From contig CAVYTU010000014.1 of NCBI GenBank assembly GCA_963771465.1, forward strand, positions 320,001 to 384,000: 64,000 nucleotides of DNA, given 5' to 3'. The notes beneath the pieces were generated by a model. The model saw only the letters and a list, made by a program, of their open reading frames with translations, was not told the DNA's origin and searched no databases. Position 1 is the first letter of the stretch. Every line of letters begins with the position of its first letter. This document shows positions 40,711 to 51,893 of the stretch, one piece after another. The DNA comes from an uncultured delta proteobacterium (GTDB lineage: Bacteria > Desulfobacterota > Binatia > UBA9968). The position numbers and the translations under genes were made by a program.

Positions 40711-42426
40711 TCAATGGGTGTCGAATATTTCTTGATATTGCTTGAGCTTCGCTTGTGTCGCGTCCGTTTCCGCCTGGATCGGATTGGCCGGATCGAGCGC
40801 CGGCGGCAAGCAACCGAGCTTCATCAAGCACGCCATCAATAACAGCCGCGCTTTGGTCGCCGTCAGATTGCTACCGGCGATCGCCAGCGGATCGCGCGTC
40901 GGATCAACGAAGCCGCCGGCATTGCCGCGGCCGACTTTGACCACAGGCATACCGCTAAACGTCGCGCGTTTGAGCGCCGCATCGACGGCATTGCTCATGG
41001 CGCCGAAGGGCGCCGAGCCTTCAGCGACAAAGCCGGCGAGCGGCGCGGCGCGCAAATTATTTTCGATGCGCGCGAGTATATCGACTTCGCTGTTGGCGTC
41101 GCCAGAAGTATCCTCAGGCAAGTAGCGCGCATGTTTGACGATTGTCACCTTTGGAATGGCGGTGGCCAGCAGATTCCCGTCGGCGCCTTTGACCGCCACA
41201 GCGATCGCCCCAGCCTTTGACTCTTGGACCCTTGAACCTTGAACGCTGCTCGGTAGCTGCGTCACATTGACGGCAGAATCGTAGGTATGCCGTTTGATCG
41301 TCTTGAACGAAAACTGCGGCGCACCCGGATGACCTATTCTGCCGATGATGCCGCCATGGCCGCCGGTAGCCACATAGCCGCCGGGGCGCGCGTCGGCTTT
41401 TTGCACGTCGCGCGAAGTAAATATCTGCTCGTCGAGTATGGCAACGGCGCCGATGCAATCCCGGCCGTTTTCATCGGCCCAAATTTTCGATGCGATGTAG
41501 TCGACGGAGTCGACGATGTTGCGATCGCCGTCGTTGCCGATGGCGCCGTGGGGGCGCTGCGAGGAGTTGCCGGCAATCGGCACCGTTGTGTCGATCAGGA
41601 GATTCAGCCAATACGTGGTCTCCTCCACAAACGGGCTACCTTCGAGCCAGATCGCGCCGAGATATTTGCCGCTGCCGAGTGCGCGCTGGACGACGTTAGT
41701 GAGGCGCGCCAGCGCCGCCATCGGCGGCTCCTTGCGAAGATATCCGGGACGATAGGGGAAAAAATCCGTGCCGCGAACTTCCGGTGCGATATCGCCGTCA
41801 CCGATATCGGTGCGCTCGCCCGCGCTTCTCCCCTTTGTATAACCGCCCGACGGCAGAGCGCGATAGAAATCGAAATCGGCCTTTGCGGTTAGCAAACAGC
41901 CCACCCCTTCGTCGGAAATCCCCAAGCGGTCGATCTCTTCGAATAAACGCGAGCCGTCGGGGAAAAACGGCACCCGGGTCAACTCTGCCGGCGCATTTTT
42001 TTCCGCCCCGTCGGTCTCCCAAGGCTGGCCGCTGGCTTGGCGCGCCATATAGGGCAACGGATACAAACCATCTTCAGGCTGGAGCGTGATTTCATAAACG
42101 GGTTTGTCTTGTGGACCGGTTGGCTCTTTGTGAAAAGCGCCGGTTGAATCGAGATAGCCGTCAGGCGGCGCGTAGAGCTCGGCGTGATCCTTCTCCAGCG
42201 GATGCGCGCTGAACCGTTCGACGTAAATCGTCACCGGCGCCGCTAATCGCTGCGCGCGCAGCACATCGAAACGCAGCGGCGTGCCATCTTTGTTGGTGCG
42301 AGCGGGCAATCCATATTTCGCGCGCGCCTTGTTGCTCGTCACCAGTGGCTCGCTGTTTTGAATCGTCGCCGTCGGTCCGGAAAAGACCGCGATGCACGGT
42401 TTCGCGTTGCTCCGCGTATCAGCCAC
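40711..42426 (-). CDS. Divergent asparaginase/glutaminase-fold protein
   Basis: SGPTATI (GGTI-like), EGSPFVEET (HGTDTxEET-like), SQRP..DG.RN..D, RDVQK, G.PVV.V.R, L...KAR.LLM..L, Q.IFD.H. Confidence 0.8.
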   Translation of the reverse strand: MADTRSNAKPCIAVFSGPTATIQNSEPLVTSNKARAKYGLPARTNKDGTPLRFDVLRAQRLAAPVTIYVERFSAHPLEKDHAELYAPPDGYLDSTGAFHKEPTGPQDKPVYEITLQPEDGLYPLPYMARQASGQPWETDGAEKNAPAELTRVPFFPDGSRLFEEIDRLGISDEGVGCLLTAKADFDFYRALPSGGYTKGRSAGERTDIGDGDIAPEVRGTDFFPYRPGYLRKEPPMAALARLTNVVQRALGSGKYLGAIWLEGSPFVEETTYWLNLLIDTTVPIAGNSSQRPHGAIGNDGDRNIVDSVDYIASKIWADENGRDCIGAVAILDEQIFTSRDVQKADARPGGYVATGGHGGIIGRIGHPGAPQFSFKTIKRHTYDSAVNVTQLPSSVQGSRVQESKAGAIAVAVKGADGNLLATAIPKVTIVKHARYLPEDTSGDANSEVDILARIENNLRAAPLAGFVAEGSAPFGAMSNAVDAALKRATFSGMPVVKVGRGNAGGFVDPTRDPLAIAGSNLTATKARLLLMACLMKLGCLPPALDPANPIQAETDATQAKLKQYQEIFDTH

Positions 42427-42468
42427 AATGACCTCGCCGCGCTAGAATATTGAAATCGTCTATGGAAT

Positions 42469-43047
42469 TTATTTCAACTCGTACGGCAGCTGCTTCGGAC
42501 CGTAACCTTGCCAGTACTTGTTGGTCGTCGGATCGTAGCGCCCCTGGAGAAAACCGCCGGCTTTCTCAGCGCGCACGATGATCGCCACCGTCCGCTCATC
42601 GCCGCTCTCTTCGGCATGGATTGCGTAGGGCGGCACGAGATCGATTTTACCCGCGCCGACTTTGACGTTTACCGACTTGCGCACTTCAGCGTAGTCGGGT
42701 TTCGACCGGTCGTCGACCCGCTCGTAACGTGCGATCGACTCGGTGCCGTCGAGCACGCCATAGAGCGTCCAGTTGTGCGCGTGGTCGTGGATCGCGGTGC
42801 GCGTGTGCGGCGCTTTGATCAGGCCGTTGATGACAAACTTATAATCGGGATCTTCGTAGAAAAGTAAATTCTCGGCGCGCTCGGCGCCTTGAGAGCAGTC
42901 GGGCCAACGATTCGATTGTTCTTTGATCGATGGATCGGCGAGTAACTCTTGCAACAGCGGCGTCATCTTTTCCCACCGTTTGGCCGCATCTTTTTCCTCG
43001 GCGTGAAGCTGGCGCGCGGACGCGATGAATTTTTGCACGGCGGACAT
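42469..43047 (-). CDS. Cysteine-dioxygenase-like 3-His cupin
   Basis: T.IHDH..W..YGV..G.E...Y..P..IH; AGGAGG RBS. Confidence 0.75.
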   Translation of the reverse strand: MSAVQKFIASARQLHAEEKDAAKRWEKMTPLLQELLADPSIKEQSNRWPDCSQGAERAENLLFYEDPDYKFVINGLIKAPHTRTAIHDHAHNWTLYGVLDGTESIARYERVDDRSKPDYAEVRKSVNVKVGAGKIDLVPPYAIHAEESGDERTVAIIVRAEKAGGFLQGRYDPTTNKYWQGYGPKQLPYELK

Positions 43048-43163
43048 AAAATCCTCCTGACAGTACGAAGCCAATGGGTTATCGGATTATTATTCCGAGC
43101 GAGTAGTGCTCGTCAAGTCAGGTTTTGCGAGATTTCAGCTCTAAGAGTCCACGCGCCAAATCG

Positions 43164-43200
43164 AAAAGGCTCCGGCAGCGATCAACCGCCGGAGCCTTTT
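43164..43200. terminator. Intrinsic terminator after ahcY (bidirectional form)
   Basis: AAAAGGCTCCGGC-N-GCCGGAGCCTTTT. Confidence 0.85.
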
Positions 43201-43222
43201 ATGAGAATGATTGAATTTCGTC

Positions 43223-44497
<1,275 letters not shown>

Positions 44498-44655
44498 TCA
44501 CTTCCTCTCATCACGTTGCGTTAGATTAGTTTGAAATTGCCCGCTGGCATTTCTTGACTTGCAAAGAGCAGCTTAGAGCGTCATGCTGCTCCGAACTTTG
44601 TCCCTTTGGTGGTGAATAGAATTGACTGACTTTGCTGCTAGCTTCGCGCAAAACC

Positions 44656-45834
44656 TCAGACCCGCGCCGCCGCTTTCTTGAGATCAGCCGCTCGATCGGT
44701 CTTTTCCCAAGTAAACAAACCTTCTTCCGGCGCCCGGCCAAAGTGGCCATAGGCCGCCGTCGCACGGTAGATGGGCCGCTTCAGATCGAGGGTCTGAATG
44801 ATGCCTTTGGGGCTTAAATCGAAACTGTCCTGGACGATCTTAGCGATCTTGTCTTCGGGAATAGCCGCGGTGCCAAAGGTTTCGACGAGCACCGACACCG
44901 GCTGCGCCACGCCGATGACGTACGCAAGCTGGACTTCGCATCGCATGGCCAACTCCGCCGCAACGATATTCTTTGCGACGTAGCGCGCCATGTAGGCCGC
45001 GCTGCGATCGACCTTGGATGGATCTTTGCCGGAGAAAGCGCCGCCGCCGTGCCGACCCATGCCACCGTAGGTATCGACGATAATTTTGCGTCCCGTCAAA
45101 CCGCAATCGCCTTGCGGCCCGCCGACCACGAAACGGCCGGTTGGATTCACATGAAAGATCGTGTCTTTGTCGAGATACTCGGCCGGAATGACCGCCTTGA
45201 TGACGCCCTCAATGATCGTTTCGCGTAACTTAGCGTATTCGACATCGGCGCTGTGCTGGGTCGAGATCACGACGTTTTTGACTCTGACGGGTTTGCCGTC
45301 GCGATATTCGACGGTCACCTGTGACTTGCTATCAGGACGAAGAAAATAGGCTTCGCCGCCTTTGCGGACTTTCGCCAAATAGTGAACTAAGCTGTGCGCC
45401 ATCTGAATCGGAAACGGCATCAGTTCCGGCGTCTCGTCGCAGGCGTAGCCAAACATCATGCCCTGATCGCCGGCACCCTGTTCTTTGTGCAAGCCTTGGC
45501 CTTCGGTCACGCCCTGAGAAATATCCGGTGACTGTTGCTCGATGGCGGTGAGAATCGCGCAGGTATTGCCGTCAAATCCCATGGAGGAGTCGGTGTAACC
45601 GATCTCGCGCACGACTTCGCGAACGATATCAACATACGGGACTTTGGCACTGCTGGTAATTTCACCGGCAACCACCACCATGCCGGTTTTGGCCAAGCTC
45701 TCACAGGCCACTCGGCTGTTCGGGTCGCCGGCTAAATGAGCGTCGAGAATCGCGTCGGATACTTGGTCGCAAAGTTTGTCGGGATGACCTTCGGAAACCG
45801 ATTCGGACGTAAATAAAAAATCTTTACCAGCCAT
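44656..45834 (-). CDS. metK: S-adenosylmethionine synthetase
   Basis: [33 protein letters not shown]. Confidence 0.98.
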   Translation of the reverse strand: MAGKDFLFTSESVSEGHPDKLCDQVSDAILDAHLAGDPNSRVACESLAKTGMVVVAGEITSSAKVPYVDIVREVVREIGYTDSSMGFDGNTCAILTAIEQQSPDISQGVTEGQGLHKEQGAGDQGMMFGYACDETPELMPFPIQMAHSLVHYLAKVRKGGEAYFLRPDSKSQVTVEYRDGKPVRVKNVVISTQHSADVEYAKLRETIIEGVIKAVIPAEYLDKDTIFHVNPTGRFVVGGPQGDCGLTGRKIIVDTYGGMGRHGGGAFSGKDPSKVDRSAAYMARYVAKNIVAAELAMRCEVQLAYVIGVAQPVSVLVETFGTAAIPEDKIAKIVQDSFDLSPKGIIQTLDLKRPIYRATAAYGHFGRAPEEGLFTWEKTDRAADLKKAAARV

Positions 45835-45910
45835 GAGCTGACCTCCAGTGGCGTCAAAATTCCGATTTTTAACCTGTCTTGTATAGCGGATCAGCTGGGG
45901 CGATTCAACC

Positions 45911-46186
45911 TTACTCGCTCTCGTTGAATCGATTGTCGAGCAACTTTTCGAGCGCTTTGACGACTTTTTCTGCGTCCTCGCCGTTGGCCTCGATGTGAAT
46001 CTTACTGCCCTGGGTCGCCGCCAGCGTTAACACTCCCATGATGCTGCGGCCGTCCGCCGTTTGACCGTCCTTGGAGACGCTCACTTGGGCGGAAAATTTG
46101 TTGACGGTTTGCACCAGCAGGGCCGCCGCGCGGGCATGTAAGCCGAGCCTATTTTTGATTTCAAGTTTTTTGACGATCTTGGCCAT
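45911..46186 (-). CDS. ptsH: Phosphocarrier HPr/NPr
   Basis: GLHARAA, SIMGVL.L. Confidence 0.92.
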   Translation of the reverse strand: MAKIVKKLEIKNRLGLHARAAALLVQTVNKFSAQVSVSKDGQTADGRSIMGVLTLAATQGSKIHIEANGEDAEKVVKALEKLLDNRFNESE

Positions 46187-46190
46187 AACC

Positions 46191-47057
46191 TCACCTGTCG
46201 ATATCCCGATGCTTGACGTGAATCCGTAAGCTGCCGCCGCCGAAGCGCTTCTGCAGCTCTTCCACCAGAGCCACGGAACGGTGCCGTCCTCCGGTGCAGC
46301 CCAGAGCTAAAGTCAGGCTGCTTTTGCCTTCGCGCTCGTAGAGCGGCAAGGTGAATTCCAAAAGCGCGTAGAGACGGTCGAGAAACGCGCGCGTCTCGGC
46401 GTTACCGAGAACGTACTCTTCGACTTCGTGCTCCAAACCGCTTTTGTGGCGCAGTTCGGCGACGAAGTAGGGATTGGGCAGAAAGCGCACGTCCAGGATA
46501 ATATCGGTGTCATGGGGAATGCCGAACTTGTAACCAAATGAGGTCAGAAATAGCGCCATGCGGCGCACCGACGGCGCTTCGCAAAACTGCTGCTCCATCT
46601 CGCGCTTGAGCTGGTGGACGTTAAAATCGCTGGTATCGATCACCTTATCCGCCAGCGCGCGGATCGATTCCAACGCTTTACGTTCCCAGGAAATACCGTC
46701 TTGAATCGATCCCTGGCGCGCCAGCGGGTGCGGCCGGCGTGTCTCGCTAAAACGACGCACCAGGACGTCATCGGAAGCGTCGAAGAAGAGCACCTGCACA
46801 TGGTGTCCCGCGGCGCGCAGTTCGCCGAGCACTTGGGGTAACGACTGCAAAAACTGGCTGCCGCGCAAATCGACGCCCAGGGCAACGCGCATGATGTCTT
46901 CCTGATAACCGTGGCAGAGCTCGACGAATTTAGGAATCAGCGGCGTGGGCAGATTATCGATGCAGAAAAAACCGTTGTCTTCGAGAGCGCGAATCGCGAA
47001 GCTCTTTCCGGAACCGGAAAGACCTGTGATGATGAAAATATCTAAGCCATCGGCCAT
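46191..47057 (-). CDS. rapZ: RNase adapter RapZ
   Basis: TGLSGSGKS, DNLP, ETRRPHP, DVRFLPNP, GCTGGRHRS. Confidence 0.96.
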   Translation of the reverse strand: MADGLDIFIITGLSGSGKSFAIRALEDNGFFCIDNLPTPLIPKFVELCHGYQEDIMRVALGVDLRGSQFLQSLPQVLGELRAAGHHVQVLFFDASDDVLVRRFSETRRPHPLARQGSIQDGISWERKALESIRALADKVIDTSDFNVHQLKREMEQQFCEAPSVRRMALFLTSFGYKFGIPHDTDIILDVRFLPNPYFVAELRHKSGLEHEVEEYVLGNAETRAFLDRLYALLEFTLPLYEREGKSSLTLALGCTGGRHRSVALVEELQKRFGGGSLRIHVKHRDIDR

Positions 47058-47067
47058 AGCGGGGTTA

Positions 47068-47529
47068 TCAAAATTTATCGTCTTCCTCGGCGATTAGGGT
47101 AAACAGCTCTTGATTGGATTTTGCCGCCATCAAACGGCGCCGGAAAGACTCGTCTTTGAGCAGACGCGAAATCCGCGCTAACGCTTTTAAATGATCCGCC
47201 GCGGCGCCTTCAGGCGCGATGAGAACGAAAAACAAATGCGTCGGACCGCCATCCAACGAATTGAAATCGACACCTTCGGAGCTGCGCGCAAAGACACCGT
47301 ATATCCGCTCCAAGCCCGGCAGTTTGCCATGCGGTATGGCAACCCCTTCACCGATGGCGGTGGTACTGATTCTTTCGCGCTCCATGAGCACGCTCAATAC
47401 CCGCTTTGGGTCGAGATCGGTATGGTTTGCAGCGAGCCATCCGGCCAGCTCTTCCAGAACGGCATTTTTTTCTCGCTGTGCAAGCGCCGGTATAACCGTC
47501 TGCACGCTCAAGAAATCGGTGATTTTCAC
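47068..47529 (-). CDS. ptsN: PTS EIIA(Ntr)
   Basis: RE..T.IG.GVAIPHG, HLKALARISR. Confidence 0.92.
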   Translation of the reverse strand: MKITDFLSVQTVIPALAQREKNAVLEELAGWLAANHTDLDPKRVLSVLMERERISTTAIGEGVAIPHGKLPGLERIYGVFARSSEGVDFNSLDGGPTHLFFVLIAPEGAAADHLKALARISRLLKDESFRRRLMAAKSNQELFTLIAEEDDKF

Positions 47530-47843
47530 GCCTTGTTCCTTCTGCGGCTGACTTTAGACTTATCCTTTTGCTTGCGCACCTGGCGTTCAATTTTATCGAT
47601 CACCAAGTCGATCGCCGCGTAGAGATCTTGGTGCTGCTCTTTGCCATGGATCATGGCACCGTGAGTGTGCAATTCGATTTCAGCCAATTGGCGCTCTTTG
47701 GTATCGACAGCCAGAATAATATGCGCGTCGAGAGCCTGTGAGAAATATTTGCCGATCTTGTGAATCTTTTCTTCAGCGTACTGCTTTAACGCTTGGGTCG
47801 GCTCGATATGACGGAATGTAACGGAAACGGTGATCTCGCTCAT
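47526..47843 (-). CDS. hpf: Ribosome hibernation factor (short HPF/RaiA)
   Basis: VTFRH.E.T.AL..Y, DLYAAID..K.ERQ.RK.K; located in the rpoN operon. Confidence 0.9.
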   Translation of the reverse strand: MSEITVSVTFRHIEPTQALKQYAEEKIHKIGKYFSQALDAHIILAVDTKERQLAEIELHTHGAMIHGKEQHQDLYAAIDLVIDKIERQVRKQKDKSKVSRRRNKA

Positions 47844-47856
47844 GCGGTTAACAGTA

Positions 47857-49332
47857 TTATTTCCGCGCAAACGGTTGTCGACGTCGGGAAGACGGCAAGA
47901 TGCCCATCGCTTCGCGATATTTCGCCACCGTGCGCCGCGCGATGTCGATGGCGTCGTTCGACAGCGCGGTCGCGATATGTTGATCGCTGAACGGCGCGCG
48001 CGGATCTTCGGCCGCGATGATGTTGCGGATTTTCTCTTTCACCGATTCGCTGGCGACATCTTCGCCGTTACCGCTTCTAAGACCGCTCTGAAAAAAGAAC
48101 TTGAGCTCATAGAGTCCCTGCGGCGTGTGGACGTATTTATTCGCCGTCGCCCGGCTCACCGTGGATTCGTGCATGTGAATGTCTTCGGCAACATCGCGCA
48201 GCACCATCGGTTTTAAATGGCTCACGCCATGATCGAGAAACTCCTGCTGAACCTTGAAGATGCTCTGGGTGACTTTCATCAACGTCTGTTGGCGCTGCTG
48301 AATGCTCTTGATCAACCAAGTGGCCGCGCGCACCTTTTCTTGTAAATACTGCCGTGCCTCTTCTTCCGCCGCGCCGTCCTGACCGGCCATGCGCCGATAG
48401 AGCGAACTGACCCGCAGCCGCGGCACGCCGTCGTCGTTGAGGTAAATGACGAAATCATCGCCAACCTTCTCGACGAAAACATCGGGCAGCACCGTGCGCA
48501 CTTCATCCTGTTCAAAACCACGCGACGGCTTGGGTTCAAGGGATGCGATCAAGTGCGCTGCATCGGCAATTTCGTCGATGCTCACGGCCAAATCTTTGGC
48601 CAATTTTTCGTAGCGTTTGGATTCGAGAAAGCTTAGATGGTGGTCGACAATCCGGGCCGCCAAACTGTCGCTGAGCTGGAGATTTTCCAGCTGGATAAGC
48701 AAGCATTCGCGCAAATTCCGCGCCGCGACGCCGACCGGATCGAAAAACTGAATTTGCCGGAGCAAACTCTCGACCTCTTCCGGACGGGTTTCCGTGATCG
48801 CGCAAATCTCATCCACCGTCAAAGTCAGATAGCCGTTCTCGTCAAGATTCTGAATGATGTTGAAACCGATGGCTGACTCTCGCTCGGTGATCTTCGACAG
48901 CCGCAGTTGCCACATCAAGTGATCTTCCAATGATGTTTTTTTGGTAAGACTGTTCTCCCACGACGGCGGCGAGTCGCCATCTTCCGAATTCGCTTCCGCG
49001 GTTAGAGAACCATGCATGGAGTTCGAGTGAGTATCGAGATAGTCCTGCCAATCCAACGTACCGATCTTATCGACCGTGGAGAGCTCGCGATTGACGACCA
49101 ATTCGGACATCTCTTCCGGCGCGCCGCTTTGCGCCTCAGCGCGCGGCTGTTCGCCTTGCTCGGATTCCTCGCTCGCTCCTTCTTCGAGAGCAGGATTTTC
49201 CTGCAGCTCTTTAAGCACCATTTCTTCCAGTTCGATGCGCGAAAGTTGCAACAGCTTGATCGCTTGCTGAAGCTGCGGTGTCATCACCAGCTGTTGGGCG
49301 AGCCTTTGAACTTGTCGAATCTCAAGTGCCAT
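47857..49332 (-). CDS. rpoN: RNA polymerase sigma-54
   Basis: MTPQLQQAIKLLQL, HESTVSR, ARRTVAKYR. Confidence 0.98.
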   Translation of the reverse strand: MALEIRQVQRLAQQLVMTPQLQQAIKLLQLSRIELEEMVLKELQENPALEEGASEESEQGEQPRAEAQSGAPEEMSELVVNRELSTVDKIGTLDWQDYLDTHSNSMHGSLTAEANSEDGDSPPSWENSLTKKTSLEDHLMWQLRLSKITERESAIGFNIIQNLDENGYLTLTVDEICAITETRPEEVESLLRQIQFFDPVGVAARNLRECLLIQLENLQLSDSLAARIVDHHLSFLESKRYEKLAKDLAVSIDEIADAAHLIASLEPKPSRGFEQDEVRTVLPDVFVEKVGDDFVIYLNDDGVPRLRVSSLYRRMAGQDGAAEEEARQYLQEKVRAATWLIKSIQQRQQTLMKVTQSIFKVQQEFLDHGVSHLKPMVLRDVAEDIHMHESTVSRATANKYVHTPQGLYELKFFFQSGLRSGNGEDVASESVKEKIRNIIAAEDPRAPFSDQHIATALSNDAIDIARRTVAKYREAMGILPSSRRRQPFARK

Positions 49333-49334
49333 AA

Positions 49335-50057
49335 TTAGAACTTAAAGCCTTCTCCTAAATAAAATTTTCGCGCCTTGGGACTTGCAGCAATCGTCTCGGG
49401 CGTACCTTCCTCAAGGATCGTGCCTTCATTGACGATGTAGGCGCGGTCACAAATCCCCAAGGTCTCTCTGACGTTGTGATCGGTGATCAGAATGCCGATG
49501 CCGCTGCTGATCAGGCGGCGCACGATATTTTGGATTTCCGCCACGGCAATGGGATCGATGCCGGTGAACGGCTCATCCAACAACAGAAAGAAGGGCGCGA
49601 GCACGAGTGCGCGAGCGATCTCCACCCGGCGCCGTTCGCCGCCCGATAGGGTGAAGGCTTTATGCGTCGCCAAGTGACTGACGCCGAGCATTTTCAACAA
49701 CCCATCGCAGCGTTCTTTTTGTTCGGCGCTATCGAGCTCAAGAGTTTGGAGAATCGCGCGGAGATTGTCCTCCACCGAGAGCCGACGAAACACCGAGGAC
49801 TCTTGCGGCAGGTAGCTGATACCGGCGCGCGCTCTCTGATAGATCGGTGCTGCGGTGAGGTCTTCGTCGTTGAGCAGAACGCGGCCGTCTTCGGGTTGAA
49901 CTAAACCCACCATCATATGAAACGTCGTCGTCTTACCGGCGCCGTTCGGCCCAAGTAAACCGACGACTTCGCCGCCTTTCACTTCCAAGCTCACACCGTT
50001 AACCACGCGACGCCCGCCATAGGATTTTACTACCGACGCCGCTTTGAGAACGCTCAT
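49335..50057 (-). CDS. lptB: LPS export ATPase
   Basis: GPNGAGKTT, YLPQE, LSGGERRR.EIAR, TDHNVRE. Confidence 0.96.
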   Translation of the reverse strand: MSVLKAASVVKSYGGRRVVNGVSLEVKGGEVVGLLGPNGAGKTTTFHMMVGLVQPEDGRVLLNDEDLTAAPIYQRARAGISYLPQESSVFRRLSVEDNLRAILQTLELDSAEQKERCDGLLKMLGVSHLATHKAFTLSGGERRRVEIARALVLAPFFLLLDEPFTGIDPIAVAEIQNIVRRLISSGIGILITDHNVRETLGICDRAYIVNEGTILEEGTPETIAASPKARKFYLGEGFKF

Positions 50058-50059
50058 CG

Positions 50060-50614
50060 TTACTTTGCATCCCCTCGCTCCCGGTCCTTCATCTCCTCCG
50101 GAAAGATCGTCGCCTGAACCCGCACTTTACCATCGCCCTCGGCGATCGCCTTATCCTGGTCGATAAAATAGACCACCTTGACGCCGCTCACTTGATTGTT
50201 GCCCTGGCGCATCACCGGACTACCCGTTAGGGTCACGGTCTTGGCTTTGTCGTCAAACACCGCCCGTTCGCTGGTCGCTACCCGCACGCCCTGGGTCGCG
50301 TTAACTTTTCCCTCCGCGACAATCTGGTGTATCCCCTTCATCTCCGGATCGTAGTAGGCCGTGAGCGCGTCGCTTCTCATGGTCATGTCGGCCTGCACCG
50401 TCACGACACGGCCTTTGTAGACAATCGAGTTTTTTTTCTGATCGACTTCCATCCAATCGGCGGTGATATAAATCGGGTCCTTCTTGTTGAATTCAAATCC
50501 GGAGGAACTTTTCTTGTTATCGTCCTTCGCCGGCGCCGCGGCGCTCCCGGCTAAAATTGGCGATCCCAAAATAACCAAGCCCAGCGCGATCCGAAGCAGT
50601 TTGAAACTCGACAT
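50060..50614 (-). CDS. lptA: LPS transport periplasmic protein
   Basis: Signal peptide, PI.I.AD, beta-jellyroll pattern; synteny. Confidence 0.88.
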   Translation of the reverse strand: MSSFKLLRIALGLVILGSPILAGSAAAPAKDDNKKSSSGFEFNKKDPIYITADWMEVDQKKNSIVYKGRVVTVQADMTMRSDALTAYYDPEMKGIHQIVAEGKVNATQGVRVATSERAVFDDKAKTVTLTGSPVMRQGNNQVSGVKVVYFIDQDKAIAEGDGKVRVQATIFPEEMKDRERGDAK

Positions 50615-50617
50615 TAT

Positions 50618-51247
50618 TCATCCCCCGACTTTGCGGTCGCCAGTGGCTTTGTTATTTTTCTTTTTTGCCAACTTTTCGGGCTCAATCTTGGTTTTAACGT
50701 TCTGCAACAAGCGAATCTTTTTGTCTTCCATCTCAATTTCCATCCTCGAACCCTCTAACTCCATTCCTTCGCCGACCACTTTAGTCCGCGTCGGCAGAAC
50801 GATTCGATCCTTGGCCGGAAAGTAATTCGCTTCTTCCGAATTGAGCACATAGCCTTGAAATGAAACTTGGATCGCGCCGCGAAGCTCCATGCGGTCGAGT
50901 TCTTTCTCGTTCAAGTATATTCGCGCTTCGTCGGCGTTGGTTTCGATGGCCTCGCCTTTCTTGTCATAGTAGTAAAACTTCGGCTTCTTAATCACCGCCT
51001 CTTTCTGATCCTTAAAATAGTTTGCCTCGTCGCCATACAATTCCCAAATCTTGCGCCCATTCTCAATCTTGGCGCGGTGAAAGTCTTTCATTTGCAGCGC
51101 CGATTCCGGTAGATAATCCAATGCTTTCAGTGGGTTCTTTTTAATTTGCCCCTGGGCGCCGCGGATAATATCGTAAACCTTGTAGCCAACTCCTCCCAAA
51201 GAAAGAAAAATTACCAGGAGCAGGACTGAGCGTCGAGTTTTTCGCAT
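50618..51247 (-). CDS. lptC: LPS export protein LptC
   Basis: N-terminal TM plus beta-rich domain; lies between kdsC and lptA. Confidence 0.82.
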   Translation of the reverse strand: MRKTRRSVLLLVIFLSLGGVGYKVYDIIRGAQGQIKKNPLKALDYLPESALQMKDFHRAKIENGRKIWELYGDEANYFKDQKEAVIKKPKFYYYDKKGEAIETNADEARIYLNEKELDRMELRGAIQVSFQGYVLNSEEANYFPAKDRIVLPTRTKVVGEGMELEGSRMEIEMEDKKIRLLQNVKTKIEPEKLAKKKNNKATGDRKVGG

Positions 51248-51268
51248 ATTGAATCCGCACGAATGGTA

Positions 51269-51297
51269 AAAATACCACTCTTCCAAAAACCTGTAAA
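51269..51297 (-). promoter_or_regulatory. Candidate sigma70 promoter for lptC-lptA-lptB-rpoN
   Basis: Minus strand TTTACA-N17-TATTTT with TG extension. Confidence 0.5.
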
Positions 51298-51358
51298 GCA
51301 TTAGGCACGAAATTTGCTTTGCAAGCAAGGCAACTTTAGGAGAATCTTGGCAGTTTAA

Positions 51359-51886
51359 CTAGCGTAATGTCAATTTGCGCCACTTTTTTTGGGCCCGAAG
51401 CAATAATTCAGCTACTTCTCTTACCGCGCCCCGTCCACCTCGCTCCTCGGTGGTATAGTCGACGGTCGAAGACAATTCCGACCAGCCGTCCGCGACTGAA
51501 ACCGCTAATCCGACCCGGCGCAACACCGGTAGGTCGATCAAGTCATCACCAACGTACGCTATCTGGTCATCCTTTAAATCGTGGTTACGCTTGATCTCCT
51601 CGTAGCACGCCAGCTTGTCCGCGAGGCCTTGATAAACCAATCGTACTCCCAAGTCCCTTGCGCGATGGCGAACCACTTTGGAGCGACGCCCGGTGACGAA
51701 CCCGACATCAACGCCAGATCGTATCAGCAATGAAATGCCCTGGCCGTCGCGGACGTGAAATTGTTTGGTCTCCACGCCGTGATCGTCGATGATGATGGCA
51801 CCATCGGTGAGCACGCCATCGACATCGAGCAGCAGCAACCGAATTTTGGCAGCTTTCTTACGAAGGGCAGCGGAGATAAGTTTCAC
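51359..51886 (-). CDS. kdsC: KDO-8-phosphate phosphatase
   Basis: DVDGVLTDG, DG.G, GDD..D, GG.GAVRE. Confidence 0.95.
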   Translation of the reverse strand: MKLISAALRKKAAKIRLLLLDVDGVLTDGAIIIDDHGVETKQFHVRDGQGISLLIRSGVDVGFVTGRRSKVVRHRARDLGVRLVYQGLADKLACYEEIKRNHDLKDDQIAYVGDDLIDLPVLRRVGLAVSVADGWSELSSTVDYTTEERGGRGAVREVAELLLRAQKKWRKLTLR

Positions 51887-51893
51887 GGGTGGA

